Assembly (NCBI GenBank): GCA_030248215.1
Contig: JASANG010000957.1
Span: 310,001 to 374,000, forward strand
Direction: 5' to 3'
DNA length: 64,000 nt
DNA from: Enoplolaimus lenunculus
Lineage: Eukaryota
Shown: positions 41,702 to 54,400 of the stretch, piece after piece
How positions within the stretch are numbered: position 1 is the first letter of the stretch
Layout: every line of letters begins with the position of its first letter
Notes under the pieces: model-generated
The model's database searches: none
What the model was told of the DNA's origin: nothing
Seen by the model: only the letters and a program-made list of their open reading frames with translations
Translations under genes and position numbers: made by a program

Positions 41702-42990
41702 CATAATCCACTTTTGGTCTAACTGACCTGCATGAGCAGTAGCGGATCCAAAAGGGAAGCGGGGGGGGCTTTTTGTGACACAACGATAAGGTCCCTACCT
41801 TACAATTTTTCCCCAGATTATTTTTTTGTAAAAACATACAATTTTTGCCTAGAAATTTTTTCGTAACAAAATCTTAAAAGTTTTCATTTTAGAAAGTTTT
41901 TGGTGATAAAATGATAAGGTACCTACTTTACAATTTTTGCGTTTCATAACATTGGAATTTTTAAAATGTTGAAAAATTTGTTGTCCAAAACCACGGTTGT
42001 AATTTATAAAAACTGAAAAAAATTTATATACACCATTCCTGATATGAATACGACGGAGCCGAGAGGGGCGGGGATCATTTCGGCCTGAATCCTTCCACAG
42101 TGATGCCAATCAAGATTTGTAATAAGGATATATACACTGTAAATTCCAATGAGTTGATTAATCAATTCAACTAGCGAGTTGAGTATTTCTGAATTAATAT
42201 CAGTAAACATTAACTCACTCTGAGTTGAGTTGATTCTCCCTCTGAGTTGAGATGACTCTGAGTGAGTTGATTAATTAACTCAAAATGAATTGAATCAACT
42301 TAAAACTTTGAGTTCTGATAGTCCTAACTCAGACTGAGTGATTCAACTCATTCTGAGTTAAAATCGACTCACTGAAATTTACAGTATATATATGTATGTA
42401 TGTATATATATGTATGTATGTATATATATTGTAAAAAATGAGGAGTCAAATTGACTCTCTCGGAAATAGGCTTTTCCTGACTACACCAACTGAGTCAGAT
42501 TCGACTCCGCCAGATTCAAACGTGCGACATAGTGAATCGAATTTGACTCTGTCGGAGTCAAATTTGACTCAGTTTGTGTAGTCAGGAAAAGCCTATTTCC
42601 GAAAGAGTCAATTTAACTCCACCATTTTTACAGTGTACATATATGTATATGTTGTAAAAATGGAGTTTAACTTCTCGCTTGCTCTTCCATTCGCTTGCGC
42701 CTGCTTTCCTGCTCCTTCCCCCATTGGACAGATTTCTGCATTCCCAACTGTGGTTGAGTTAAACGACCACAAAATTTGATTGGTTTCAATTTTGGTTAAG
42801 AACCCTGGCAGAAAAATATTCAAATTTAAATTTTTAACCTACTGAAAGCAAAACTGTAACGAATTCAAAGTTCACTCAGAGTCGTCGTGCTGTTGGTGTA
42901 CAAATTCGTCGTTGGTATTTTTCAGATATTTTAGGGTATAAAGGTATTAATATATAATTTATCATATTTTAAGTAGAAAACTATATATTA

Positions 42991-45900
42991 ATGATGCTAC
43001 GGTGTCTGATTAATAGTTGCTTTATTTTTGGAGTTGTCATATTAAGTCTCAGTGATGTTATCAATGGAGAATTAGGTAAGATTGCGTTGGCTTTACTGGA
43101 CGTGACTTTAATTCAACCAGTGCTTGAAGTGTGATTTCCAAGTTAGGGAATGCAATGCCGGTGCAAAACGTCAGGGGTTCGGGCTCTCCTCAAACTTTAG
43201 GGTGGGGTCGCCCAAACTCTCGAGCGAATCGAGCGAGAAACCAGACGCGTTTTGAAACTTCGGCGGTTTGTTATAACCGGTGAGGGTGGGCCCCCCAAAA
43301 ATGGGGAGTATGGGTGGTGGCTGCTCCAGCCCTGGGTGATTTCAGAGCTGAAAACGTCGTCGGATGAGAGTTTCTGCTTCATTTTTTTACAGACAACGGT
43401 AATTTAATTGGTTCATTAGCTGTTTATGCAAAATGTTTGATATAAAGTTGAAAATATTGTTAGAAAAATAACTTAAACTCCGCCCAAGCTACTGTTTATA
43501 AGCTTGTTGGCAAATTTTGTAGGACCTAAACGTTGATTTATAAGCTGTTTCAGAAGAAAATTCCGAATGCGAATCGGATTCGGGCAGAAATTGTGTTTTA
43601 ACTCGAGATCCGTTGACTTTGATTTGGGATTGTGTCTGCAGTGATGATAAGGCAAACGCTGATGATAACATCGACAGCGAAAACAACAGCGGTGAAAACG
43701 CTTTGAATGACGACAGTATTAATACTAAACGCGTTGGAGGTTGGTGTATAGAGGCTAAATTTAATACAATAATTGGTTTTTAGAAGACTTTAATAGCTGC
43801 CTTTAAATTTTTGGGCCAATGGTACTTTTAGGGGCGTAAAAGTAGATTAAGCGTATTCTTAAGCCTAAGGCTAAGCGGTGCAAAATTTGTTCCGAAGTCT
43901 AAGCCTAAGCGTTGGAAAAATGTGTTCCTAAGCCTAAGCCTAAACGTAAGCGTTGAAAAATTTGTTCCTAAGCCTAAGCCTAATCGTTGGAAAAATGTGT
44001 TCCTAAGCCTAAGCCTAAGCGGTGCAAAAATGTGTTCCTAAAGCCTAAAGCCTAAGCCTAAGCAAAAAATGTAATCTAGAATCTAAACCTACTCTTTTAT
44101 AGACCCACCAGAAACGTGGACGCCGATAAAAGTAACATGGGCCAAATTTTGTATATCAAGCAAGAGTCGATAATGATTCTTAGTAACAGCATGCAGTTGA
44201 GGGCATTTTGTATGCAAAAGAATGTACACGTCACCCGTTGCAGATTCAATTTTGTATGACCGACTGAACCAAAATATTCCGTCGGTAGCCAGTTCACTTC
44301 ACTAGGGAAGAGTAGGCTCAAACTGTTTTTTAAATCAAAAAATTCTATATTTCAATTGAAAACTTCGAACAACTTCGTCCAATGATATTAAACCTGCAGT
44401 GCAAGAAATGGTGAATCAAATTGACTCTCTCCAAAATAGGCTCTACGGGACTGCACACACAGAATCAAATTCGACTCCGCCAGAGTCTAATTCAACTCAC
44501 GGAGCCACACGTTTGACTCTGGGTGAATCGAATTTGACTCAGTTTGTGTCTTTCCGTAGAGCTTATTTTTTGCAGTGTAATAACTGTTTGGGCGAGTGTT
44601 TATTTTCTAATCAGATTTTTGGCCCGTGACTTTAAGGGGCGTAATGGTTTCTGGTGGGTCTATAAAAAATTGGGTGTAGATTCTAGATTACAATTTTTTG
44701 ATTAGGCTTAGGCTTAAGCTTAGGCTTTAGGCTTAGGCTTAGAAACACATTTTTGCAAAGCTTAGGCTTAGGCTTAGGAATACGCGTCATCTACTGATAC
44801 GCCCCTAAAAGTAACATTGGCCAGATTTTTTTATGAAGACGGCACAACCTCTCGCACAATATGACTAAACTTTAATTTCTAGTGCAGTTTCGTTTTCAAT
44901 CGCAAATCTATTTTACAGGACGGTCTCTGTATCGCCCGTCATCGGCGCACCGGTACAACGGCGGACCTTTGGAATTTGGAGGGCCAAATTACAATATAGC
45001 GGCGACGAACAAACGAGGTGGCGCTCGCGGATTTAGCCACGGTCGTACGCATGTTTTCTGGCCAGGATTTAGCGGCGGCGGTAAACTGGTCGCTGATAAT
45101 GCGAAGCGAGGCGGAGGACGAGCGTTTGCGGCATTCAGCAACAACCGATTCCCTGTCGAATGGGATGCGATTGCGTTAGGCAAACGTGGCGGTGGCCACG
45201 GTTTTGTGGACTCGGTCCGCAGCGACAGGGACAATGGAAGACCGGATAAACGCGGCGGTGCGCGATATTTTGCACCAGCGTCTGGCTACAGTTCGTATTT
45301 TGCCGACGACAGCAACGGGAACAGTTTCGGATGGGGCGACTATAAACGTGGCGGAGGTGGAGCGATATCGTGGATCCCAAACAGTCACAACTTTCGCAAA
45401 CGCGGCGGTGGTCGATTTTCAAGCTTCAGCGGAACCTCGGCCGTCGATGGCGGAGATGCAGCGTTGAACCGTGTGAGCGAATGGCGTAAACGCGGCGGTG
45501 GTCGATTTTCAAGCTTCAGCGGAACCTCGGCCGTCGATGGCGGAGATGCAGCGTTGAACCGTGTGAGCGAATGGCGTAAACGCGGCGGTGGTCGATTTTC
45601 AAGCTTCAGCGGAACCTCGGCCGTCGATGGCGGAGATGCAGCGTTGAACCGTGTGAGCGAATGGCGTAAACGCGGCGGTGGTCGATTTTCAAGCTTCAGC
45701 GGAACCTCGGCCGTCGATGGCGGAGATGCAGCGTTGAACCGTGTGAGCGAATGGCGTAAACGCGGCGGTGGTCGATTTTCAAGCTTCAGCGGAACCTCGG
45801 CCGTCGATGGCGGAGATGCAGCGTTGAACCGTGTGAGCGAATGGCGTAAACGCGGCGGTGGTCGATTTTATCACTCGGCGATGCCAGGTTACAATGCTGA

Positions 45901-46036
45901 AAAAATATTCGAACAATTCAACGAAATTCCAGCTAAAAAAGGTGGCGGACGCAGTTTCGCTGGCGGTTCAAGATTTCGCCATCCGACCGGCGTTGGCAGT
46001 CCAAATAAAAAAGTAGTAAAGAAGAACGACGACTGA
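42991..46036 (+). CDS. Neuropeptide precursor, NLP-9/NLP-21-like (GGxRxF peptides), ~462 aa, 3 exons
   Basis: Exons 42991-43075 (MMLRCLINSCFIFGVVILSLSDVINGEL, signal-peptide-like), 43554-43739 and 44919-46036 join in phase with GT-AG sites (1389 nt). There are 13 segments bounded by KR/KK that begin VGGR, GGAR, GGGR, GGGH or GGGG (e.g. GGARGF, GGGRAF, GGARYF, GGGRSF). This resembles C. elegans NLP-9/NLP-21 GGARAF/GGGRAF peptides. AATAAA at 46224. Confidence 0.88.
45398..45869 (+). repeat. Coding tandem repeat, 5 perfect 90-bp units within the neuropeptide precursor
   Basis: Each unit encodes KRGGGRFSSFSGTSAVDGGDAALNRVSEWR. The units are identical at the nucleotide level. Confidence 0.95.
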
Positions 46037-49000
46037 AATGTTGATAATACAGACTGGCGAGAAATGATATTAATATTAAACTGCAGTGCACTAATCAGTA
46101 ATGATTGCAAATTTCTTCTGCAACACAGGGCAATTGCGTTGTAAATTATGAACAAACAAACGTAACATAGAATTGGGTTTATTATACGACATTCTATAAT
46201 AGATTTAGTGTGCCTACACACTAAATAAATTGTCTTATATTCAAGAAATATTGTCTGAAATTTAAGTCAATTGTTGTCTTAATGCGAACTTCAGACATAA
46301 ATGTTTTGAATTCCAGTGTTTTTATTTCTGAAAATTTTGAGAAACATGTGTGAAATTTTTCAAACTTAAAAGTTTGAATTTTAAGACTTTGTTTTATGAA
46401 CGATTAAGACAAATAGTTTTAAAATATGAGACAAATATATATCTTAAAGATTAAGATTCGCCTCAGAAACCGCGTCTATAATTTGAAACTAAAGGTAAAT
46501 TGGCAATATATAATATTTTCTTGAATATATAAAGACATTTATGTTTCAACCATTTCAGACACGAATTACTGAGCTGTTTAATGCTAATGTGTACCACACA
46601 ATTATGTCTGAAAATTTTAAGACAATTTTTGTGTGTAGTCCCTGCTTGGAAAAATATTTATCCAACCTAAACTAATTCCTGTTATATAATGTGCACTCAT
46701 ACTTGTTAAATGTCAAGATAAAAATATCTCCTGGAAGCTACACGTGTATACAGTCATCTTTAAGTATAGAATTTGACCGGATAACAGGACTTCGTCTATT
46801 TCAGTTAGAAGGAGTTACATCCGGTTTTTATTTATAAGCATTTTTATAAGCCTAAACCTATAAGCCTAAGCCTAAGCGTAACAATAAGTTTCTTCCTATC
46901 CCTAAGCCTTAGCCTAAAAGCCAAACAAAACGATTAGTCTAAAGCTTAAGCTTACTCTTTTCTAGTCCCACAGAAAAACGTTCCGCTCCTGATCTTTACA
47001 TGGGCCAAAGGTCGTATACGCTTGCACTTGAAGGCAATTGCTACAAACAAATGATTTAATGATTCCTACAGGTTTTTTGAAACAATCAAAGTCGAAACGA
47101 AACTTTTACAGTTTCGGTCCCAAATCCGGACATCGTTCCGACAAAAAGATTTGAACTTTGATTCAAATTCCGATTCTGATCAAATTATATTTCGGTTCCT
47201 GTAAATTAGTTTTGGCAAGTCCTGATTGCAAAACGTTACTAAACTTTAATAAACAAGGTTTTGCCACTTCAAAATATTGATTTTATTGAGTTCCAATGAC
47301 AAAAGTGATCAAGGCATGTGCCTGCCTAAGTTAAATTGGCCTATGGATACAACAGGTCCGGAACGTTTTCCTGCTGAGCTGTAATACAGTCAGCTTAAGC
47401 TTTAGACTAACTTTTTTTGCTTACGGTTAGGCTTAGGCTTAGGAATAAACTCATTCTTTCGCTTAGGCTTTAGGCTTAGGAATACGCGTATACTACTGTT
47501 CTGGCCGTATTCTATACTTGAGCCGTATACTTGTCATCAGCCAGACGTATCGTTGAATATAAACCTGTTCATTTCTACGTCAAAAACAGCCTGTTGCGCG
47601 ATCTGTGCCTCGTCTTGGCTTTTATAGCCACACAAACGTCGCGTTTATTGTGAGTATTTGAAAGTTTATACTAAACGATTCTATGACCAATCTCGTTGCT
47701 GAGTTTTAAGCAGTCCAATTGTCATTTTCAAGCCAAATTCCAGGTTAAGCATGGGTCTGACAAAAGTTCCAAATTTAGTGAGACTATAGTTTTCATTCTA
47801 CCGTACACAAGACCTTTAGCTCGGTTATAAATTCTTCCCTGATTGGGCTAATGTAAAGAACACCGGCGGAACAGTATATAAGTATATTTTTAAGCCTAAG
47901 CCTAAGCTTAAGCCTAAGCCTAAGCTTAAGCCTAAGCGTAAGAATGAGCATATTCCTAATCCTAAACCTAAAGCCTAACGAAATGCAAGAAATTAGTCTA
48001 AAGCTTAAGCTTAGTCTATGGTAGTCTCACAAAAAACGTTCCGCTCCTGAACTTTACATGGGTTCCTGATTACTAGAGCACGACACCGGATTACTATACG
48101 TTTTCCTTGCCATCTCCGAGATGTTACACGATACGGTCGACGCGAAGTTCTGCAAACGAATCCGAGTGCTATCCTTCACACGTGTCCTAGGCTGTGGACG
48201 TCCAATAACAAGCCAACGTGTCCAGTGGATGATAGTCTCTCTGGTATAGTAGCTTCTGAGCATCACCTTTCACACCCGTACGCATATGCGGCCACACTTA
48301 TGCTTCACTGAAAGCCTACCGTTGGGTATTGAGTTAGTAAACTTAGTTATACCTGTTTGATTTTAAGGTTTAGCCTGATTGATATACACATCGCTTTGAT
48401 CAAGAAAACAAGCTCTCTTTCGGTTTAAAATTTTCCTAAAGAAACACGCACGACGCCCCGAGGTTTTGGCTCTCTGTCTCTGGGTTTGTGCTACCATTTT
48501 CACGCTCAATCTAGCGTTTTGTAATTAAATTCAACTTTTGACGAAGGTTTTAATCCGTGCGGTAAATGTCTTATACTGAAACATGCGTCTACATCTACAC
48601 TGCAAAAAATTGTGAGTCAAATTGACTCGCTTCGAAATAGGCTTTTCGAGACTTCAAAAACTGAGTCAAGTTCGACTCCGTTAGAGTCAAGCGTGCGACT
48701 CAGTGGAGTCGAATGTGACTCTGGAGGAGTCGAATTTTGACTCAGTTTGTGTAGTCAGGAAAAGCCTATTTGGGAGAGAGTTAATTTGACTCAGTATTTT
48801 TTGCAGTGTAGTTGCGTATCAGTCAATTCTTTTGGTTGAAAATTCTACTCGACAATGACTCATAATTAGCAGATTGGTTCGAAGCGCTGAAACTCCCGTT
48901 CGCTGGACGCAGGTTCAACGGCTAAGCTTACAACTCAAAGTGGAAATCAATTCAACCAAGTGTGGATCATGACAAGAGTGTGCAACTCTTGGGGTCCCGT

Positions 49001-51208
49001 GTGGTACAAAATGCATTACCAGGCGTTGCGTTTCTGGCCGTCCACCCATTGTGTACGAGGGGTCGCTATCACATGAATACCTCTAAATTAAACTATAAGG
49101 GGACCATGTTTGACGCCACACGCATAAAGTGTCATGGTTCGTACCGGTAGTACCCCCTCTAAATAAGGGGGGGTAGGGCTAAAACGCAACACATGCCGGG
49201 TGGTTCATTTTTCTACACTGAATGTACCCAGTTGCATACTCTTGTTGAAGTTAAGCATTATCTGAACAAAAATTTCAGTATCAAAACTGCTGAAACCTCC
49301 GGTAAACATTCCGCCTAAAGCCGACAATCCATGATCTATTAATAGAGCACACCTGCATAAATTTCCACCTTTTTCGGCCAATTTTACTTTAAGGGGCGTA
49401 ACAGTAGATTAAGCGCATTCCTAGCGTTGCAAAAATGTTAAGCTTAGGAACTTCCTAAGACTGTTCTTTACATTGGCCATTAGGCATCGGGAAAAGCTTT
49501 GACAAGCATCATGCTAAGCCGAACTGTTTGTGTAGAAGTGTTTAAGTCAAGGCGTAAGGGGGCTTCAGGTTACAAACCTTTTGATTTTTGTGCAGTTTTA
49601 GACAAAGATTTCAGTTTAGAACTCGAGAAAATTCCCATCGAAATTTTTACACAACTTAACCCTACTGTTCAAAATCATTGCCACGCCATATAACTGCAGT
49701 ATATATGAAAATTATTAGGAATTAAGGTTTAAAAATACGCAACTAAATCTTATTACAATATCAAACAGTCTGTTTCATGTTTGAACTCAGGCCTCGACAT
49801 TAAGACTTTTAGATAATGCTACCCGGCAAGCTCAGAACAAACGAAATCAATAACGTTTATTTTCGTCAACCAAATATAGAAAACAATGATTTTGATACAC
49901 TTCCCAATTCGTTTGTCTTTCAGGAGCCAGTGTATTCTCCAATCTGTTTCATTGTCCATAAGCCGGTTTCTATAATTAACAAATGTAATAATATATATAT
50001 CATTTGTCTTGTATCAAAAGGTTGAGCGATAATGCAAGGATATATAAAAGAGTAATGTACTTTAAAAACTTATGTGCACTTTAAAGTTTCAAACTCAGCT
50101 TTATTTGGTCCTGGGGCCATTTATGCGCTACAATTAGAGATATATAATTGACATTTATGGACTCTAAATAATAGAACTTTAGAGACCATACCCGCTTTCG
50201 GATTCTTATTAGGAATACGGACTTTATTGATTGGGACTTAAACTGGGAAACCCTCTTATTACACCCCCTCTTATACGGGTCAGTACAGTATGAAAACTTG
50301 CCGCAATGTACTGACTGCCCTTAGTAAAAAAAATTTCAAAATTTAAATTTTAATCTACAGTATTCACTCAAGTGCCATTTGAAGTATATAATGTAACAAG
50401 AACCTACTGAATTCTTCATGGCATAAAGATAACTTTCAAAATCCAAATTTTAAAAATCAAATCCGCTTCCCAGCGATAAACGTGAAAGATCAAACACAGG
50501 AAACATTCCTAAAGTACAAATCGGAATAAATTACCAACAGTAAAGTATATTTTTGTATTTAAATATATATACGTACCTACATGTATATCTTAAAAGTATA
50601 CTATAATCCCGGTCAATTTCAGCTAAAAATGTTAAGTAAATCTGAACTGGTAAACGGATATACTTAGTTTCATATAAGTCATAAATTTTCCACTTCCGAT
50701 TCTGATATAAATCTCACTAAAAATTGTTATTTCACATCCGAAAATATCCAGTTCCGTTTTGCATGTTGCTGTCTTCTTCCTGCCACATATATAACAAACT
50801 ACTACAACAACAACAACAACCAGTGGCAGTTCTGTGAAACAATTTCGCAAGCGAAACAAAACAAGACGCTAAATGTAATTTTAAAACTAAAATTATATAC
50901 TATAGAAAAATTTTGGGTTTTTAATTGGACATTGGCATCCATGACCTGGGCGCCCAAGAGCCATGCGCTTACCTCCAATCATTTAACTGTCATAGGCGTT
51001 TGCCAGTCGGCAGCTATTCGTCAACATATCGTCACCGGAAATATGACGCGTACAGCTGCAGGACAAGCCGCTTCCCAACACATTTTCAAAAAGAAACAAC
51101 GTCATTAGCCATAATCTGAAATTGAACAAGCAATAATAAATCATCCCAAAAGTCAAGCAAATACTTTGCCAAAAAGCCAATATTACGAACACAACAGTCG
51201 AAAATGAG

Positions 51209-51568
51209 GTGTATATGTCGCAGGCCAATCTGCTGTTCACGGCCAATTATATACTAATTGGCCTAGGTCATTCTGCTATCTTGAGTAATAGCAGCAGTTT
51301 CACCTACGCTAAACTGCTATTAAACTAATAGACCAATCAACTTTGATTATTTGAACAAACGCAATACCTTTAACCAATCCTCCAGGCCAAATAGCGATTG
51401 TAAGATGTATTAACCAATCCTCGTTTGTTATACATCACTGTTGTTTGGTTAATACATCTTACAATCGCTATTTGGCCTGGGCCAATCTGCTATTTGCTCA
51501 CAATAGCAGATTGACACTAGGCTAATTGGTAATTGGCGTGAACACCAGATTGGCCTATGACATATACA
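51209..51568. repeat. Nested palindrome with a perfect 36-bp stem (51382-51417 / 51445-51480) and a CCAAT cluster
   Basis: CCAGGCCAAATAGCGATTGTAAGATGTATTAACCAA is followed 27 nt later by its exact reverse complement. Outer imperfect arms are at 51209-51295 and 51487-51568. Confidence 0.8.
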
Positions 51569-52415
51569 CAGAATGACGTTATCAACACTATTGTTACCGA
51601 ACTTCACCGAAACTATAAACCAGTCAGTCGAGTAGCCATTCAGCCAAAACCAGGGTACACCGCAATACTCGATGAGTTTCACCCTAAACGGGTTTTCAAG
51701 AGCCGGGGCGTACACTCCATTGACATGCATACCGGAATCACTCTCCGTTCCGTTTCCGGTTCACTCTCAACCGGCTGTTTAATAGTTGAACAGTTGAGTG
51801 CGTATTTTTCAAAACTTATACACAAACAAACATATATAGACACAGTGTTACAGCAGGCTGAACAGTAACTGCAGATTGGATGAACAAGTACAATACGTAT
51901 TCATTGTTCATTATTGAAATTCAATCTCATTTCAGAGTGGCACCAAATCCACAATAGACCGAACCTGAATCCATTGCTAATTTGCCGAATCCGAAACTTG
52001 AATTGTGCAGATTTTTGATATATTTATAATTTGTTTTGCTGCATAACTTTTAAACGTTAATACATTTCGTACCCGACCTCAATTCTGAGATTTGTGACCT
52101 GATACAAAAACAACTGATTTATATAATATAACAAGTTATTTAAAATTTTTTATTGTTTAAAAATGAAAAACATATTTGCGAACATTGTTAAATTCGGCGA
52201 CAGGTTTCACAATTTTCCCAAACAAATCAGATTGCGAACCGTAAATTTTTGCCGAATCCGAACGATTGTTATTGCCACCCTGAGCCATTTAAATTTGACA
52301 GCTTGGAAACGAAATTTTGGTGTAATCCGTAAAATCTGCATCCGTAACAGTCCACAAAACCCGTTTGAATCAGTCGAAAATCACCTCCTGTTAGACAGAG
52401 TCCGAAATACTATCT

Positions 52416-53571
52416 AATAACAAACTTATACTAATTGAAACTCAAAATTACTACATTACAGGTTACAGATATTAATGTTTATCCGTGTGTATTAAAATAA
52501 TTATAAATTGAAAAATCTGACATGTGTCAACACTGGCAAAACATGAGTAAAATCTTGACCGATATTTTCAATGTCTGTAACGTTGCATTTGTTGAACTCG
52601 AAATTGGTGCACGGGGTAGAGCAAATCATATGCGAAAAATGTGCTGAATTTGCGAAAAAATGTGGTGAATTTTAAGCCTCAGCATTCACTGCTTCGAAAG
52701 TTAAAAGACCTGTCACCAACTCCTAACAGGTGCTACACACATTTGAGCGTCCACGCCCTTGACTTGAGTTAAAATTGGATTTCATTAATATAGTCTCGCT
52801 AACGCAACTATTACCAATCAAATGTTCCCTCAGTATTGATACATTTTCAAGCAGGCGTGCGTGTCCAGCATACGCCACTTAATTAAACTCGGCAGCATTT
52901 TGCTTACTTATCGATAAATTAAAATTTACCACAACAATCCTTGTATGTTTCCAGGTTTTTCGCACGTTTTTAAATTAAAATTTCGTATTCGTACACTACA
53001 CAGTTGGTAAATTTCAAACATTTTCAAACGTATACGGACATTTACTAAGTTTCTGGTAAAACTATTGTGTAACACCGAAAATACCTGAAAATTCCGAAAA
53101 ATAACTAATTCCTATATACCGGAAATGCAGTTGTTGATCCAAGCTAACTTTACAACTCACGCGCATGGCTCCCTGGACTCTAAATAGGGTCAACCAAAGC
53201 ATTGCATCCTCAATTTTAACTCAAGTCAAGGGCGTGGACGCTCAAATGTGTGTAGCACCTGTTAGGAGTTGGTGACAGGTCTTTTAACTTTCGAAGCAGT
53301 GAATGCTGAGGCTTAAAATTCACCACATTTATTCGCAAATTCAGCGCATTTTTCGCATATGATTTGCTCTACTCGTGCACCAATTTCGAGTTCAACAAAT
53401 GCAATGTTACAGACATTGAAAATATCGGTCAAGATTTTACTCATGTTTTGCCAGTCTTGACACATGTCAGATTTTTCAATTTATAATTATTTTAATACAC
53501 ACGGATAAACATTAATATCTGTAACCTGTAATGTAGTAATTTTGAGTTTCAATTAGTATAAGTTTGCTATT
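52416..53571. mobile_element. Foldback element with ~365-bp near-perfect inverted arms and a ~430-bp spacer
   Basis: 52416-52780 is the reverse complement of about 53206-53571 with only a few mismatches. A diverged single arm lies at about 1288-1450. Confidence 0.85.
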
Positions 53572-54400
53572 GACCCCAAGGCCCATTTAAACATCAAGGG
53601 TGGAACGTTTTCCTGTGGGACTACAATAGGGTAAGCTTATGCTTTAGACTAATTTTTTGCTTGCTCAGGTTTAGGCTTAGGAGTATGTTCATTATTACGC
53701 TTAGGCTTACGTTTAGGAAAATGCTCATTCTTACGCTTAGGCTTAGGAATATGCTTTATAATACTGTTCCGTCCTGTTGTTTACCTTGGCCGACCCCAAA
53801 GACAAAAATATTCATTTCCAACTTTCTACAAGCGGACACAACGAACGCAAAAACGTTTTTAACCCTAACCCGATCGCCATTTTAGTGTCTCACGCGAGAA
53901 ATCAGTTTTTACTGACCCCCTGTCCCAAAAATTCAACCCCCAAGTATATATCCCCTGTATATACGTACCCCCATTGAACGCCGTCACTGCGCTAAACCCC
54001 CGATCTAAAGGTAAAGTATAAAATAAAAAATAAAAGCCAAACTCACGCGTAAGCAATACGTAGAGCGTAGATTGCATAGCATCAACAGCATCAGCAGCAT
54101 ATGAGCACGCACAATCATACATCCATTCAATCACAACAAAATTAAAACAATTTACGCTTATCAGAGTTGTTTTGGAGACACTTTCGTTCCGCTAGAATCT
54201 GTTTCTGGTTTATAATCATTGCGATTTCATCATCACCCGTACCCGTTGGCATTTAGCGGATCCACAGAATTTCTCAAAGGTGGGCACAAGGGACACATGT
54301 TATATGCCGCGGGCGACGCCGGTGTACCACAACCGGGCCACATAAGAACATGTAACAATAATTAATATTAACATGAGTTACGATATGCGTAATAGATATA

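Noticed and set aside
44882..44918. ORF-track start of the 384-aa protein
   Set aside because: It begins at a GTG within intron sequence. The real exon starts after TTTTACAG at 44919 and the signal peptide is encoded at 42991.
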